Part shown: in pieces, positions 27,866-37,600 of the stretch | How the letters are laid out: each line of letters starts with the position of its first letter | Position numbering within the stretch: the stretch's first letter is position 1 | From: an uncultured Pseudomonadales bacterium | GTDB lineage: Bacteria > Patescibacteriota > Microgenomatia > UBA1400 > PJMF01 | Assembly: GCA_964449995.1 (NCBI GenBank) | Contig: CAYVBW010000003.1 | Location: 1-46,189 of the forward strand | DNA: 46,189 nucleotides | Reading direction: 5' to 3' | Made by a program: the position numbers and the translations under genes | The notes under the pieces: generated by a model | What the model saw: only the letters and a program-made list of their open reading frames with translations | The model's database searches: none | Told to the model about the DNA's origin: nothing

Positions 27866-29323
27866 ATGACAAAAGTCCGCCCGGCCTATTTAAGGCTACT
27901 AATTTTTTCATTAATTGCTTTAGGACTGGTTTTACTTGGCCGGAACCAAAGTACCCAGGCAGGTAACTTAAGAGAAGTGTCTGTGGTCATGAGTAATTCT
28001 AGATTTTCATTTTTAGGTAAAACCACTGCCGTAGACGGTACTGTAGTTGATATTGCTATCGCAGATGGGCTTGATAATTATATCGTGCCAGGTACTACAG
28101 ATGAAACCGATGTCTTGGTGGTGGGAGATACTCTAAATTTTGGCATCCCTGCAACACCAGTTGAATATGACATTCTGGAAGTGGTTGATGGCAACACCAT
28201 TATAGTAGATGATGCTGCCGTGAGTCATCCCGATACCTTTTTCCTAGCTGAAACTAGTCAACTAACAGCCAATTTTAAAACCAGAGTGGCGGTAGACGAT
28301 GGAGCTTTTGAGGTTTTAGTGCCGGCAGCAGCTGCCAACTCTAGTGATGGATATCCAAATCAGGGTTTCTTTGACTACGGAACTGCTGCTCCCACTGTAA
28401 CCTGTGAAGCTGATACCCACACCATTACTACTCCTGGCTCATCTTCTGCAGGACAAACCGGAGCTGGTTACCCCTCAGGGACATGGCATGTTTACCGCTG
28501 CGTTTACACTGGTGCTGGGGATAATGACGATGAAATTACCATTACTATTAGCAATATCATTAACCCCTCACCTAAAGGAGATCACACCACCGGCGTTGCT
28601 GACACCTATGACATTTATGTAAGACATCTTGACAGTGGCGATGAAGAAGTTGATGTCACTAGAATAAAAATTGGAGTAATTGAGGCAGTTAGAGTTAGCG
28701 CAACCGTAGTCCCCTCTTTGACCTTTATTATTGAAGGTAATACTGACTTAAGCACACTCAGATGTGGCGTAGCTCCAAGTGTAGCAACTGATGCAAACAG
28801 CGTAGCGTTTGGAGACCTAATCGTTGGTACATTTATTAACGCAGTCCAGCGCTTGGAGGTAAGAACCAATGCCTCAGAAGGAGCAGTGGTAACTGCTTTA
28901 TCCTATGATCAGCTAGGAAGAAACGGAGGGGCTTGTGCTGGTAAATTAACACCTGTTTACTCCATTGGAACTGGCGAATTTGAATGTATTTGGGATGCTA
29001 ATGTAGCTACCATGAGTCATGAAAACGCTGTTGATTGGGATGATAATAGCGACACTGGTTTTGGCTATTCAATTGATGATTACAACTCTAACACCACCCC
29101 AGCCTTTGAATATGATACTGGAGGAGATGATTTTAGAGCAAAACACTTTGCCGACTATGACCGAGGAGGAGCTGGTACCCAAGAACCTCAGCCACTATTT
29201 AATTCCGGTGAACCAACCAATGACGATGACATTTATCTGTGTTATCGCATCAATGCTGATGCCCTGACTGCTGCTGGAGAATACCATACATATATCACCT
29301 ACACAGCTACTGCCACCTTTTAA
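27866..29323 (+). CDS. Large secreted acidic beta-rich protein with a WxL-like C-terminal domain
   Basis: Signal peptide; ends YRINADALTAAGEYHTYITYTATATF; six Cys; T/D/G-rich. Confidence 0.72.
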   Translation: MTKVRPAYLRLLIFSLIALGLVLLGRNQSTQAGNLREVSVVMSNSRFSFLGKTTAVDGTVVDIAIADGLDNYIVPGTTDETDVLVVGDTLNFGIPATPVEYDILEVVDGNTIIVDDAAVSHPDTFFLAETSQLTANFKTRVAVDDGAFEVLVPAAAANSSDGYPNQGFFDYGTAAPTVTCEADTHTITTPGSSSAGQTGAGYPSGTWHVYRCVYTGAGDNDDEITITISNIINPSPKGDHTTGVADTYDIYVRHLDSGDEEVDVTRIKIGVIEAVRVSATVVPSLTFIIEGNTDLSTLRCGVAPSVATDANSVAFGDLIVGTFINAVQRLEVRTNASEGAVVTALSYDQLGRNGGACAGKLTPVYSIGTGEFECIWDANVATMSHENAVDWDDNSDTGFGYSIDDYNSNTTPAFEYDTGGDDFRAKHFADYDRGGAGTQEPQPLFNSGEPTNDDDIYLCYRINADALTAAGEYHTYITYTATATF

Positions 29324-29361
29324 ACCAAAAACAACAAACTAAAAAACAACATAACCTGTCC

Positions 29362-30393
29362 ATGAAAAAATACTCCTTGCTTCTCTGCCTAACATTAGTA
29401 ATTGGTTTGCTAGCAGCAACTAATCATTTTGTAAATTCTTTGCAAGCTCAAATTGGCAACCCCACTCCTGATCGCCAGGTGCTGGTCACTATGCCCCCTA
29501 GAACAGGTGAAGATGGTCAGATTAGAATTGAGCCAGGAGAAAAATATCAAACCAATATTAGAGTACGCAATGTTTCAGAACGAACTCTTACCCTAAGATC
29601 TTTTGCCCAAGATTTTATTGTCAGAGAGGATGGCGAAACTCCAATCCCAGTGCAAGACACTGTCACTAACCGCTGGAGCTTAGCCAATTGGATGGTGGTT
29701 GCCCCCAACCTACACACTTTGGCACCAAAGGAAACAGCAGAAATGAGTATTTTAATTGAAGTGCCAGAAAACGCTATGCCGGGAGGAAAATACGCCATGG
29801 TGGTTCACGAGCCAACTGATGGTACAGATCTAAGCGACGTCCAAGGTGCTATAGCTGCTATCAGCCAGCGGGTTGGAACTTTATTTTATGTAATTGTAGA
29901 AGGACCAATTAACGAAGAAGCTTACATCCGTAATTTTAAGTTTAAAAAATTTCAAGAATTTGGTCCTGTGCCCTATTCTTTCACAGTCCGCAATCAATCA
30001 GATGTTCATATTCGTCCCAGAATGAATATTGACATCTTTAATATGCTGGGCAAAAAATCAGACTCCATTACTGTAGACTCTAAAAACATTTTTCCACTTA
30101 ATAGTCGAGACTTTGCTGGTAAATGGGATAAAATTTGGGGCTTTGGCCTTTATACAGCCAAACTTACCGCCAGCTACGGAGAAAGCGGTCAAGTTACTGT
30201 GGCCACGGCTAATTTCTGGATTGTTCCAGTAAGAATTATCCTATCCATACTCTTTGGTGGCCTGCTAATTGCAGCCATTGTCATGGCAACCAAGCGCTAC
30301 AGCGAAAAGAAATATCAGCTAGAGCAAGAAAAAGTCAAAGAGTTGCAAAAAAAGCTTGACCAGTATGAAGAAGAGGGTAAAGAAAAGAAATAA
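29362..30393 (+). CDS. Secreted DUF916/DUF3324-like protein with a C-terminal TM and coiled tail
   Basis: PGEK...VRN...QDF...SLANW...LAPKE...IEVPENAMPGGKYA; N.SDVH..P...G.YTAKL...YG; TM then a charged tail. Confidence 0.75.
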   Translation: MKKYSLLLCLTLVIGLLAATNHFVNSLQAQIGNPTPDRQVLVTMPPRTGEDGQIRIEPGEKYQTNIRVRNVSERTLTLRSFAQDFIVREDGETPIPVQDTVTNRWSLANWMVVAPNLHTLAPKETAEMSILIEVPENAMPGGKYAMVVHEPTDGTDLSDVQGAIAAISQRVGTLFYVIVEGPINEEAYIRNFKFKKFQEFGPVPYSFTVRNQSDVHIRPRMNIDIFNMLGKKSDSITVDSKNIFPLNSRDFAGKWDKIWGFGLYTAKLTASYGESGQVTVATANFWIVPVRIILSILFGGLLIAAIVMATKRYSEKKYQLEQEKVKELQKKLDQYEEEGKEKK

Positions 30394-30418
30394 GTTAAAA
30401 CAATCTAGCAAGTAATTT

Positions 30419-30449
30419 AAAGGGTAATGGTTCAGTCATTACCCTTTTT
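30419..30449 (+). terminator. Intrinsic terminator
   Basis: AAAGGGTAATG-GTTCAGT-CATTACCCTTTTT. Confidence 0.8.
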
Positions 30450-30460
30450 GGTACCGGATC

Positions 30461-30516
30461 GTGGTATTTAGTATTTGGTATAGCCCGGTGGTGATGCCAA
30501 GTACTCAGTTTTAAAA
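30461..30516 (+). repeat. Heptamer-array element, copy 10
   Basis: GTGGTATTTAGTATTTGGTATAGCCCGGTGGTGATGCCAAGTACTCAGTTTTAAAA. Confidence 0.9.
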
Positions 30517-30529
30517 GTGAGTAACAACT

Positions 30530-32578
30530 ATGTCTAATATAAAAAGAATCATCAGGGTAAGTTTTTTCTTAGCACTGCTGGTTATCACAGGCAGTTTGTT
30601 GAATACAGCTAGAGCCCAAAGCTCTGAAGCCTACCCTACTCCCCCTCCCAGTGAAAAAGAAGTCTTTCTTAGCGCTGTTATGCCTGATATCGTGCCTCCA
30701 ACAGCCCCAATTCTTATTGCTCCTGAGGACAATGAGCTGGTGAGCACTAATCGCCCCCAGTTTGTGTGGTTGGAGTCAACTGACAATGTGGCCATGTCTC
30801 ATTATAAACTCACTATTGATGGAGAGCTTATTTTGGACAACTTAGCCACCCCAGGTACTTATGAGCTGTACAACCTATCTTACAACTCCAGTCTGGGATA
30901 CTATTATTTAGATATTAAGTTTGACCTAGACCAAGGCCAGCATACTTGGAAAATTACAGCGGTTGATGCCGTGGACTTAACCAATGACTCTGTCACATGG
31001 AGTTTTACTGTAGACTCTATTCCGCCTCATTTTATCTTAACCCAAATTGGTGATGTTGAGGTCTCTATCTCTGCCCAAGATCAGTCTACAATTCCCGAAG
31101 AGCCAATAGAAATCTCTGTCAACGAACCAATGCTAGAAGCTTATGGAGAGGCTAACAGCACGGTACAGCTGACAGCTATTATTCCAGGACAAGATGATTA
31201 TTATTCTGAAACATTAATTGATGGCAGAGGCAACTGGAACCACCGACTACCTATTCTACCAAGAGATACTGTCATTACTCTTAACTTTGTTATTATCGAT
31301 TTAGCTCGCCATATTAGAGTTTTAGAAGGTGTTAAAATCATTATTCCTATCGATGTGATCACTATCCCCTTACCCACAGCAGTAACCACTGTTGAGCCTT
31401 CACCCACCCCTCATCCAGATATAATAGAACCTGAACCACCCAAACCACCCGTTGAGATTCCCTATAGACCTCCTAAAGAAATTGTTTATGAGATTATCCG
31501 CTGGTTAACTCCCACTCCTATTTGGCGTATTGCTAGTAGAGATCCTTTTCAAACCTGGCTGCAGTTTGTTGGTCCTTGGTTGGTTTTAATCATAGTGGGT
31601 TGGCCCGCAGCTCTTGCCACTCTACTTCTAGCCAGAAAGTTTGGCCTACTGATCTCCGGCAAACACTTAATCAAAATTTGGCAGGCTTTGGGCGTTATTC
31701 CCTATGAAGATAGAGAGGGATGGGTCTTTGACAGTAGATTTACTCAATGGTTGGAAAAAGAGTCCAAAAAAATATGGTTGGCTGAAACAAATTTAATCAA
31801 TCTTGGAATTCCTTTTGCCCAAATCATTGCTATTAGTCAACCCTCAGACCCAAGCTTTCCACCTTTTTATCAAACAGTATTAACAGACCAACAGGGCTTG
31901 TATTTGCCACTAAAGCTACCCCTAAATAAATACCGCCTATCAGTACAAGCTCAGGATTACCGCTACCCCACCTTACAACAAAGACCTGAGGACATAGAAT
32001 TGATAGATTTTTATAAAGCTGAAGAACAAGAGGTTAAAATAGACCAGACTAGTTTATCGCTGCAAATACCGGTTGATACAGTTGATACTACAGAGAGCTA
32101 TACTAGAGGGAAAACTAGCTGGCTTAGAAAAATACAGTTGTGGTTGGCTAAAATTATTGTATTTAACAACCCAATTGTATTGGTCAACATTATTTTAGCC
32201 AGTGCAGTGATCTTATTCTGGCCCAGTGTAGTTAATCTCGCAGCCCTGACTCTATACTTAATTCTGGGACTGTATTATCTGTTTAAACAGCCCTTGTTTG
32301 GCAATATTCGGGGTCTAGTGATTGATAAAGATGGCAATTATGTACAAAACGCCATGATAAGGCTTATTAAACAAGATGGATCTAAGCAAACCTTTACAGC
32401 ACTAACCAATAGTCAAGGAGAGTTCTGCTACTACTTTAAGAGTGGTCGCTTCAGACTAACAGCCAGCAAGCCCCAATATAAGCAAGTTGTTGATGCTGAA
32501 ACTAAAGATGAGGTTCAGGTTGACGGGTGGTGGCATCAAAAACGGCTGGTGGTGGTATCTGGTATCCATGGTATTTAG
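30530..32578 (+). CDS. Surface/membrane protein: Ig-like domains, Pro-rich linker, TMs and carboxypeptidase-regulatory-like domains
   Basis: Signal peptide; PTAPILIAP...PQFVW..STDN...G.HTWKITAVD; PSPTP..PEPPKPP; GLVIDKDGNYVQNAMI...TNSQGEF...LTASKPQY. Confidence 0.78.
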   Translation: MSNIKRIIRVSFFLALLVITGSLLNTARAQSSEAYPTPPPSEKEVFLSAVMPDIVPPTAPILIAPEDNELVSTNRPQFVWLESTDNVAMSHYKLTIDGELILDNLATPGTYELYNLSYNSSLGYYYLDIKFDLDQGQHTWKITAVDAVDLTNDSVTWSFTVDSIPPHFILTQIGDVEVSISAQDQSTIPEEPIEISVNEPMLEAYGEANSTVQLTAIIPGQDDYYSETLIDGRGNWNHRLPILPRDTVITLNFVIIDLARHIRVLEGVKIIIPIDVITIPLPTAVTTVEPSPTPHPDIIEPEPPKPPVEIPYRPPKEIVYEIIRWLTPTPIWRIASRDPFQTWLQFVGPWLVLIIVGWPAALATLLLARKFGLLISGKHLIKIWQALGVIPYEDREGWVFDSRFTQWLEKESKKIWLAETNLINLGIPFAQIIAISQPSDPSFPPFYQTVLTDQQGLYLPLKLPLNKYRLSVQAQDYRYPTLQQRPEDIELIDFYKAEEQEVKIDQTSLSLQIPVDTVDTTESYTRGKTSWLRKIQLWLAKIIVFNNPIVLVNIILASAVILFWPSVVNLAALTLYLILGLYYLFKQPLFGNIRGLVIDKDGNYVQNAMIRLIKQDGSKQTFTALTNSQGEFCYYFKSGRFRLTASKPQYKQVVDAETKDEVQVDGWWHQKRLVVVSGIHGI

Positions 32579-32644
32579 TGTTTGGTATCCGTGGTATTTG
32601 GTATTTGGTGTTTGGTGTTTGGTATGGCCCGGTGGTGGGTCAAA
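32552..32644 (+). repeat. Heptamer-array element, copy 11 (encodes the last residues and stop of 30530..32578)
   Basis: About 10 degenerate units + GGCCCGGTGGTGGGTCAAA; the CDS ends GTA TCT GGT ATC CAT GGT ATT TAG. Confidence 0.88.
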
Positions 32645-33198
32645 GCGGAGTGGTAAAAAACGCTCCACAAACTGTACCCTACGAACCGCTCCCAAACTTA
32701 CACTAACCCAGCTAATCAACTCAGCAGCAAATCTACCCTCTCCTCCAAATCATATCTCCAACCCACTGCCCTACTTTTTTGTCTTTTCCCGCTAGTTGGA
32801 ACAAGATACCCGAGGATTTAACCAAAAATCAATCACAACTTAAGGATCCTATAACAAAGTAGTTTTTTCATTCTATAACTGCCAATTCAAAATTTTCTTA
32901 AACCTGCCCTGTTTTGTACATTTTGCAGCCTGATTCGCTAAATCTTTGCCATTTTTTTAATATTATAAGGATGCAATAATAAGTAAGCTTATTCTTGCAT
33001 AATTGCCGATTTATTATTGCAACCTCTGGAGTGGTAATTACCGCAAATTGACCATTGTGCTTATAAAGTGATCAATATGATATTTAATATCAAGTGAATT
33101 ACTTGAGGTAAAGTACACCCGAAAACGATTTTTACTGACTTTACATCAGAAATAGAATTTTGAATTCGGGAATTGTAATGCGAAGCGTGTTTTAAAAA

Positions 33199-33942
33199 TC
33201 AGCTAAAATGATTTTTAAGCTTATTTAGCAGCGATAAGCCATTCTCTACTTGAGAAAAATAGTAAGAAATTAATCCATGATCAATTTCCAAATGCCTAAT
33301 TAAACGATCATAAACCGAATAAATACTCTTTTTTTGCTGATTGCTCAATCTTTTAGATTTAGATTTTTTGGTTAGCATATTTTCTAATTGACTGCCAATA
33401 TCAGAGTAAGCTTTGATTAATGATCTCAACTCAGTTTTTTGTCCTATAATTTTTAACTGATCACCGAACTCCAAATTGTCATATTTAACAATTATGACAC
33501 AGCCACGATAGGCTTTCTCTAATAAATCCAGCAGCTTGTCAGTTAACTTTCCAGCGTGCAAATAAACTCCTCTCTCTAAAGCAAAGCAATACTCTTTTAA
33601 TAAAACAGTACGCAAGTATCGAAAGTTTCTGTCGATTGCTGGAGGCTTTAAAAACACAATCATGCACCAATCACCCTGCCATGGTTCAGTCTGTTGGTTT
33701 AAAACCGGAAAATCAGCCTCTAACTGACTCTTGCCATGAGTACTAATAGTTAAGTGCAAATCTTCTGTTAAGCGGTCGCTGAATAATAAATCGCTTCTCT
33801 CTAAATGCCTAATTAATGACAGACGCCCCTCCTCAGTAATCTCAGGAATAATGATAGGAACCTGCTCATAGGCAACTCTGCGACGCTGCTGTTGCCCGAT
33901 CGGGTAAAGCCACATTAACAGTTTTTTGCTAGTAAATTTCAT
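33199..33942 (-). CDS. PaaX-like transcriptional regulator (wHTH + Cas2-like central domain)
   Basis: IRHLERSDLL...ISTHGK, then PWQGDWCMIVF...LRTVL...FALERGVYL. Confidence 0.7.
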   Translation of the reverse strand: MKFTSKKLLMWLYPIGQQQRRRVAYEQVPIIIPEITEEGRLSLIRHLERSDLLFSDRLTEDLHLTISTHGKSQLEADFPVLNQQTEPWQGDWCMIVFLKPPAIDRNFRYLRTVLLKEYCFALERGVYLHAGKLTDKLLDLLEKAYRGCVIIVKYDNLEFGDQLKIIGQKTELRSLIKAYSDIGSQLENMLTKKSKSKRLSNQQKKSIYSVYDRLIRHLEIDHGLISYYFSQVENGLSLLNKLKNHFS

Positions 33943-34117
33943 TTCAGTAGACAGTTCTTAAATACTAATAGTGACAAATATTTTAATGTTTGGTTTTTGA
34001 CTTGATGAATCTAAGTTTAAATAATGATCAACGATAATTGTCCAATCTTTACAAAACAAACCTTAGTTGCAAATTACTCAAAAATATAACTATATCTTTT
34101 TACACAATCTAAAAAAG

Positions 34118-34495
34118 TTTTCCACATAATTGCCTACCCGAATCTAACAACTTACAATTTTTAAAACAAATTTTTTTACTTTTTATTAATTATTAAATCT
34201 TTTTTACCCCTTTATCCAGAGTTAAAGATAATAAATTTTACTTATTCAACTCTATCCACAAAACCTACTCGCAAATTCATCTTCACATAATACACATATT
34301 TTACTGTATTTTGCAAGTAGTAAAACTGTGGAAAACTTTGGTAAATCTTCTTGTTTTTTAACCCAAGTACTATATATTAACTTTGCCCGCAATATAGTTT
34401 GATAGCATTTGATAGTTTATTCCAGCTTATCTTTGTACAACTTGCTGAAAAACGGTTTTTTTTGCATTTTCAGTTTTCCTCAAAAACAATCCACA
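34118..34495. promoter_or_regulatory. Cluster of DnaA-box-like 9-mers
   Basis: TTTTCCACA 34118, TTATCCAGA 34212, CTATCCACA 34252, TGTGGAAAA 34327, CAATCCACA 34487. Confidence 0.45.
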
Positions 34496-34631
34496 GCTTC
34501 TCTGTCAGCCATTTTCTGCCTGAAAACCAGAGGTTGAATTTAGCTTGACATTTTTCTAAACTTTAGTCATTACTTAAACGTCTAATGAATCTGGAGTTAG
34601 ACAAAAAACAAAAAAGGACCAATAAAACACT

Positions 34632-37600
34632 GTGACTGCCCAACAAAGATACATCTCCAGCGTTTTAACAGCTTTTTCAACATTTTTGGAAAACTTAGAC
34701 CCAAAAAAGCTTACCAATGACAGCGATAGGTCTAAAAAAGACCTAAAAATCGAGTCTCAAAAGCTTTTAATCAAGTTTTTAAACTGGAAAAAACAGTTTA
34801 CAAGCTGGAGCCCAGAGGAAATAGAACAATTTGTTGCAGACAACAAGCTCGAAACAAAAAACGAACCAGCAGCTGTTACTATTTTGACCCAGTTTGTTAA
34901 TGACTATCCTCCGCTCCAGACAAACATGTTCCTCCAGGAATTCTTGTTAGCACTTCAAAAAGAAAACTGCTCGCAATCTACCATAAAAAATTATCGCAGT
35001 GACATCAGCCAATTCATTCAATCTTCAGCAGCAAAAACTATTGACTCATTGCTAACAAAAACCAAACTAGATGCTTTTTCTCTAGAGCAAAAGCAAAAAG
35101 GCCTTAAAAGCTCCACTATTAAACGCAAATTCAGCAGTGTTATTCAATTTGGGCTGTGGCTAAAAAATGAAGGATTGCTGAGTGACCCTCCCCAGTGGCT
35201 AGAAGTAGGGTATGTTTATGAGCTTGAAGAAAAAAAGGGAGAAAAAAACCAGAAAGAAGAACAGGAAAAAATAGTAGCAGTCGCAAGGGTTAAGAAAAAA
35301 ATTCAGCCTGAAGAAGCAACTCAATTAGCAAAAAAAGCACCATCAAAACAAAAAGCCATTCCAGCTAAAGCCATCACGGTTCAACCTGGTAAGCGCAACT
35401 TATTAAATCTAAAAGATAAAAAAACGAAATCAGGCCAAGAAGTCATCAGTACCACCAACACTAACTCAACAAAACCCTCTGCCCTGCGCAATCAAGAAAA
35501 AAGAGCTCAGGTAAAAAGCGGTCTCAGCCAACTGTCAACTAAAATCTCAGACGACATAAAAGAAAAATTTAATCAAACATTTAACCAAGCCAAACAAACC
35601 GCCAGCCAAGCAAAACAAGCCACAGCTCTTAATATTCTGCCTTACATCAACTTAGCAATCATCATCCTATTTTTTCTGGGGCTGGGCTCGCTGGGATACA
35701 AGCAACTTATCACTAATGCTCCTTTTCAGTATGCTTTTCCCAGCACGCCTACCCCGCCAGGACGCACCTTGTCATTTCAAGGCCGGCTAACCGACCCGGG
35801 CCAAAATCCTATCACGCAAGATAGCGATATGGTCTTTATTTTGTATGATGCCCTGACTGCTGGCACAACCCTATGGACTTCCAACACCTGCACCATTGAA
35901 CCTGACCAAGATGGAATCTTTACTGTTGGTTTGGGCGATACTACGGAATGTGGGCCAGCCATACCTGATGGCGTCTTTACTGAAAATCCCAATGTGTGGT
36001 TAGAGGTGGCGGTTGAAGGAGAAACCCTTGCCCCACGCCAGCCAATTCGTACAGTAGCCTATGCAATTAACGCCGAAACCTTGCAGGGTTATCCCCTAGC
36101 AGCCGACACTGGAGCTACCAATAATACCGTTTTGGCAATGAACAGCTCAGGAGAAGTATTATTGGGCGAAACTAACCCAAAAATTGAAGCCACTGGCACT
36201 AGCCTCACCCTAGAAGCCAAAAGCTTACTACTCAACGCCACCGGTGGAACGGCGGACATTCAACTAACTGCCACCAACGAAATTAGTTTAATTAGCTCAA
36301 CAGGTTTGGTTAATTTAAACAATTTGCTATATGTAGAGGACTCTACCGGCGGTATTGGTATCGGCACTACTGAACCGGGAACTGCCAAGTTGGCAGTAAT
36401 GGGCGGAAATATGGGGATAGGTACTACCACTCCATCAGAGAAACTACATGTAGAAGGTGGAGGTATAAGACTAGGTAGTACTTCAGATGCTAATAATGTT
36501 TTGGATACTGCAGCTGCTTCTGGAGCTCCATCAGGAAACTTATATTGGGGTAATAGACAACTAGTAGATAGTGCTAATATTGGTAACTTTGGAGTAGCTA
36601 GTGTTACCAACAGTGATGGTACTTTAACTATCTCTCCTACTACTGGAGATGTCATAGCTTCTCTTAATTTAGCTAATGCTAATACTTGGACAGGAGCACA
36701 AACTTTTAATGATTTGACAATTGCAGATACTAATGTGTCTTTAACTGGAGCTTCTACCAACTTTGCTTCTACTGGCAATATCTCTTTTAATACTAATCAG
36801 TTGTTTATTAACCAAAGTAGTGGAAATGTGGGGGTGGGGACAACAGGGCCAAATTTTAAACTAGACATAACTGTTTCTGGTGACGGTGATGGGGTAAACA
36901 TTAAAAACCCCACAAGCGATGGGACTATAGAGTCTGCGGGATTCCAATTAAAAAATAATCAGGGCGGTGATGGCTCTTTCTTTAAGTTGTATTCCGAAAA
37001 TACTGGGGTCTCTGCTTTAAATAGCCTTTTATATATAAAAAATTCAGTTGGGAGCATTAGTTTTCTTGCAAATACAGGAAGTAGTATTGGTTTTGGTATT
37101 GGGAATACGGCTGCTAATGCAGATGATTTAGTAATAGCAAGTACCGGCAACGTCGGAATTGGGACGACGGAACCTAAAGTAAAATTAGAAATCGCAGGAG
37201 ATACAGGATTTACCTGGTTTGATTCTGACTCAAGAGCTAAAGCTAATGCAACCACAGGAGGTTCTTTTGCTGTGTTTACTCCATCAGTATTTGGAGTTGA
37301 TGGAACACATAATTCTGGTCTAGCAATAGATGGTTCCTATTCGTCATTAACATCCACTATAAATATAAAAGCTTTTGGCGTTTATACAGGCAGCTATCGC
37401 TCAAATCTAGCTTTTCATACAACCAACGGTACCTCAATAAACGAAGCAATGAGAATTAACCATCTCGGCAACGTCGGCATCTCCACCACTACTCCAGGAG
37501 AAATTCTAGATGTAGTGGGTAATGTTCAGTTTAGTGGTGCTCTTATGCCCTCAGGTAATGCAGGAGTTAGTAGTTATGTCTTAACCTCTGCTGGTACTGG

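Noticed and set aside
33199-33942. Cas2 gene
   Set aside because: The Cas2-like segment is the central domain of a PaaX-like regulator; there is no cas1 or array.
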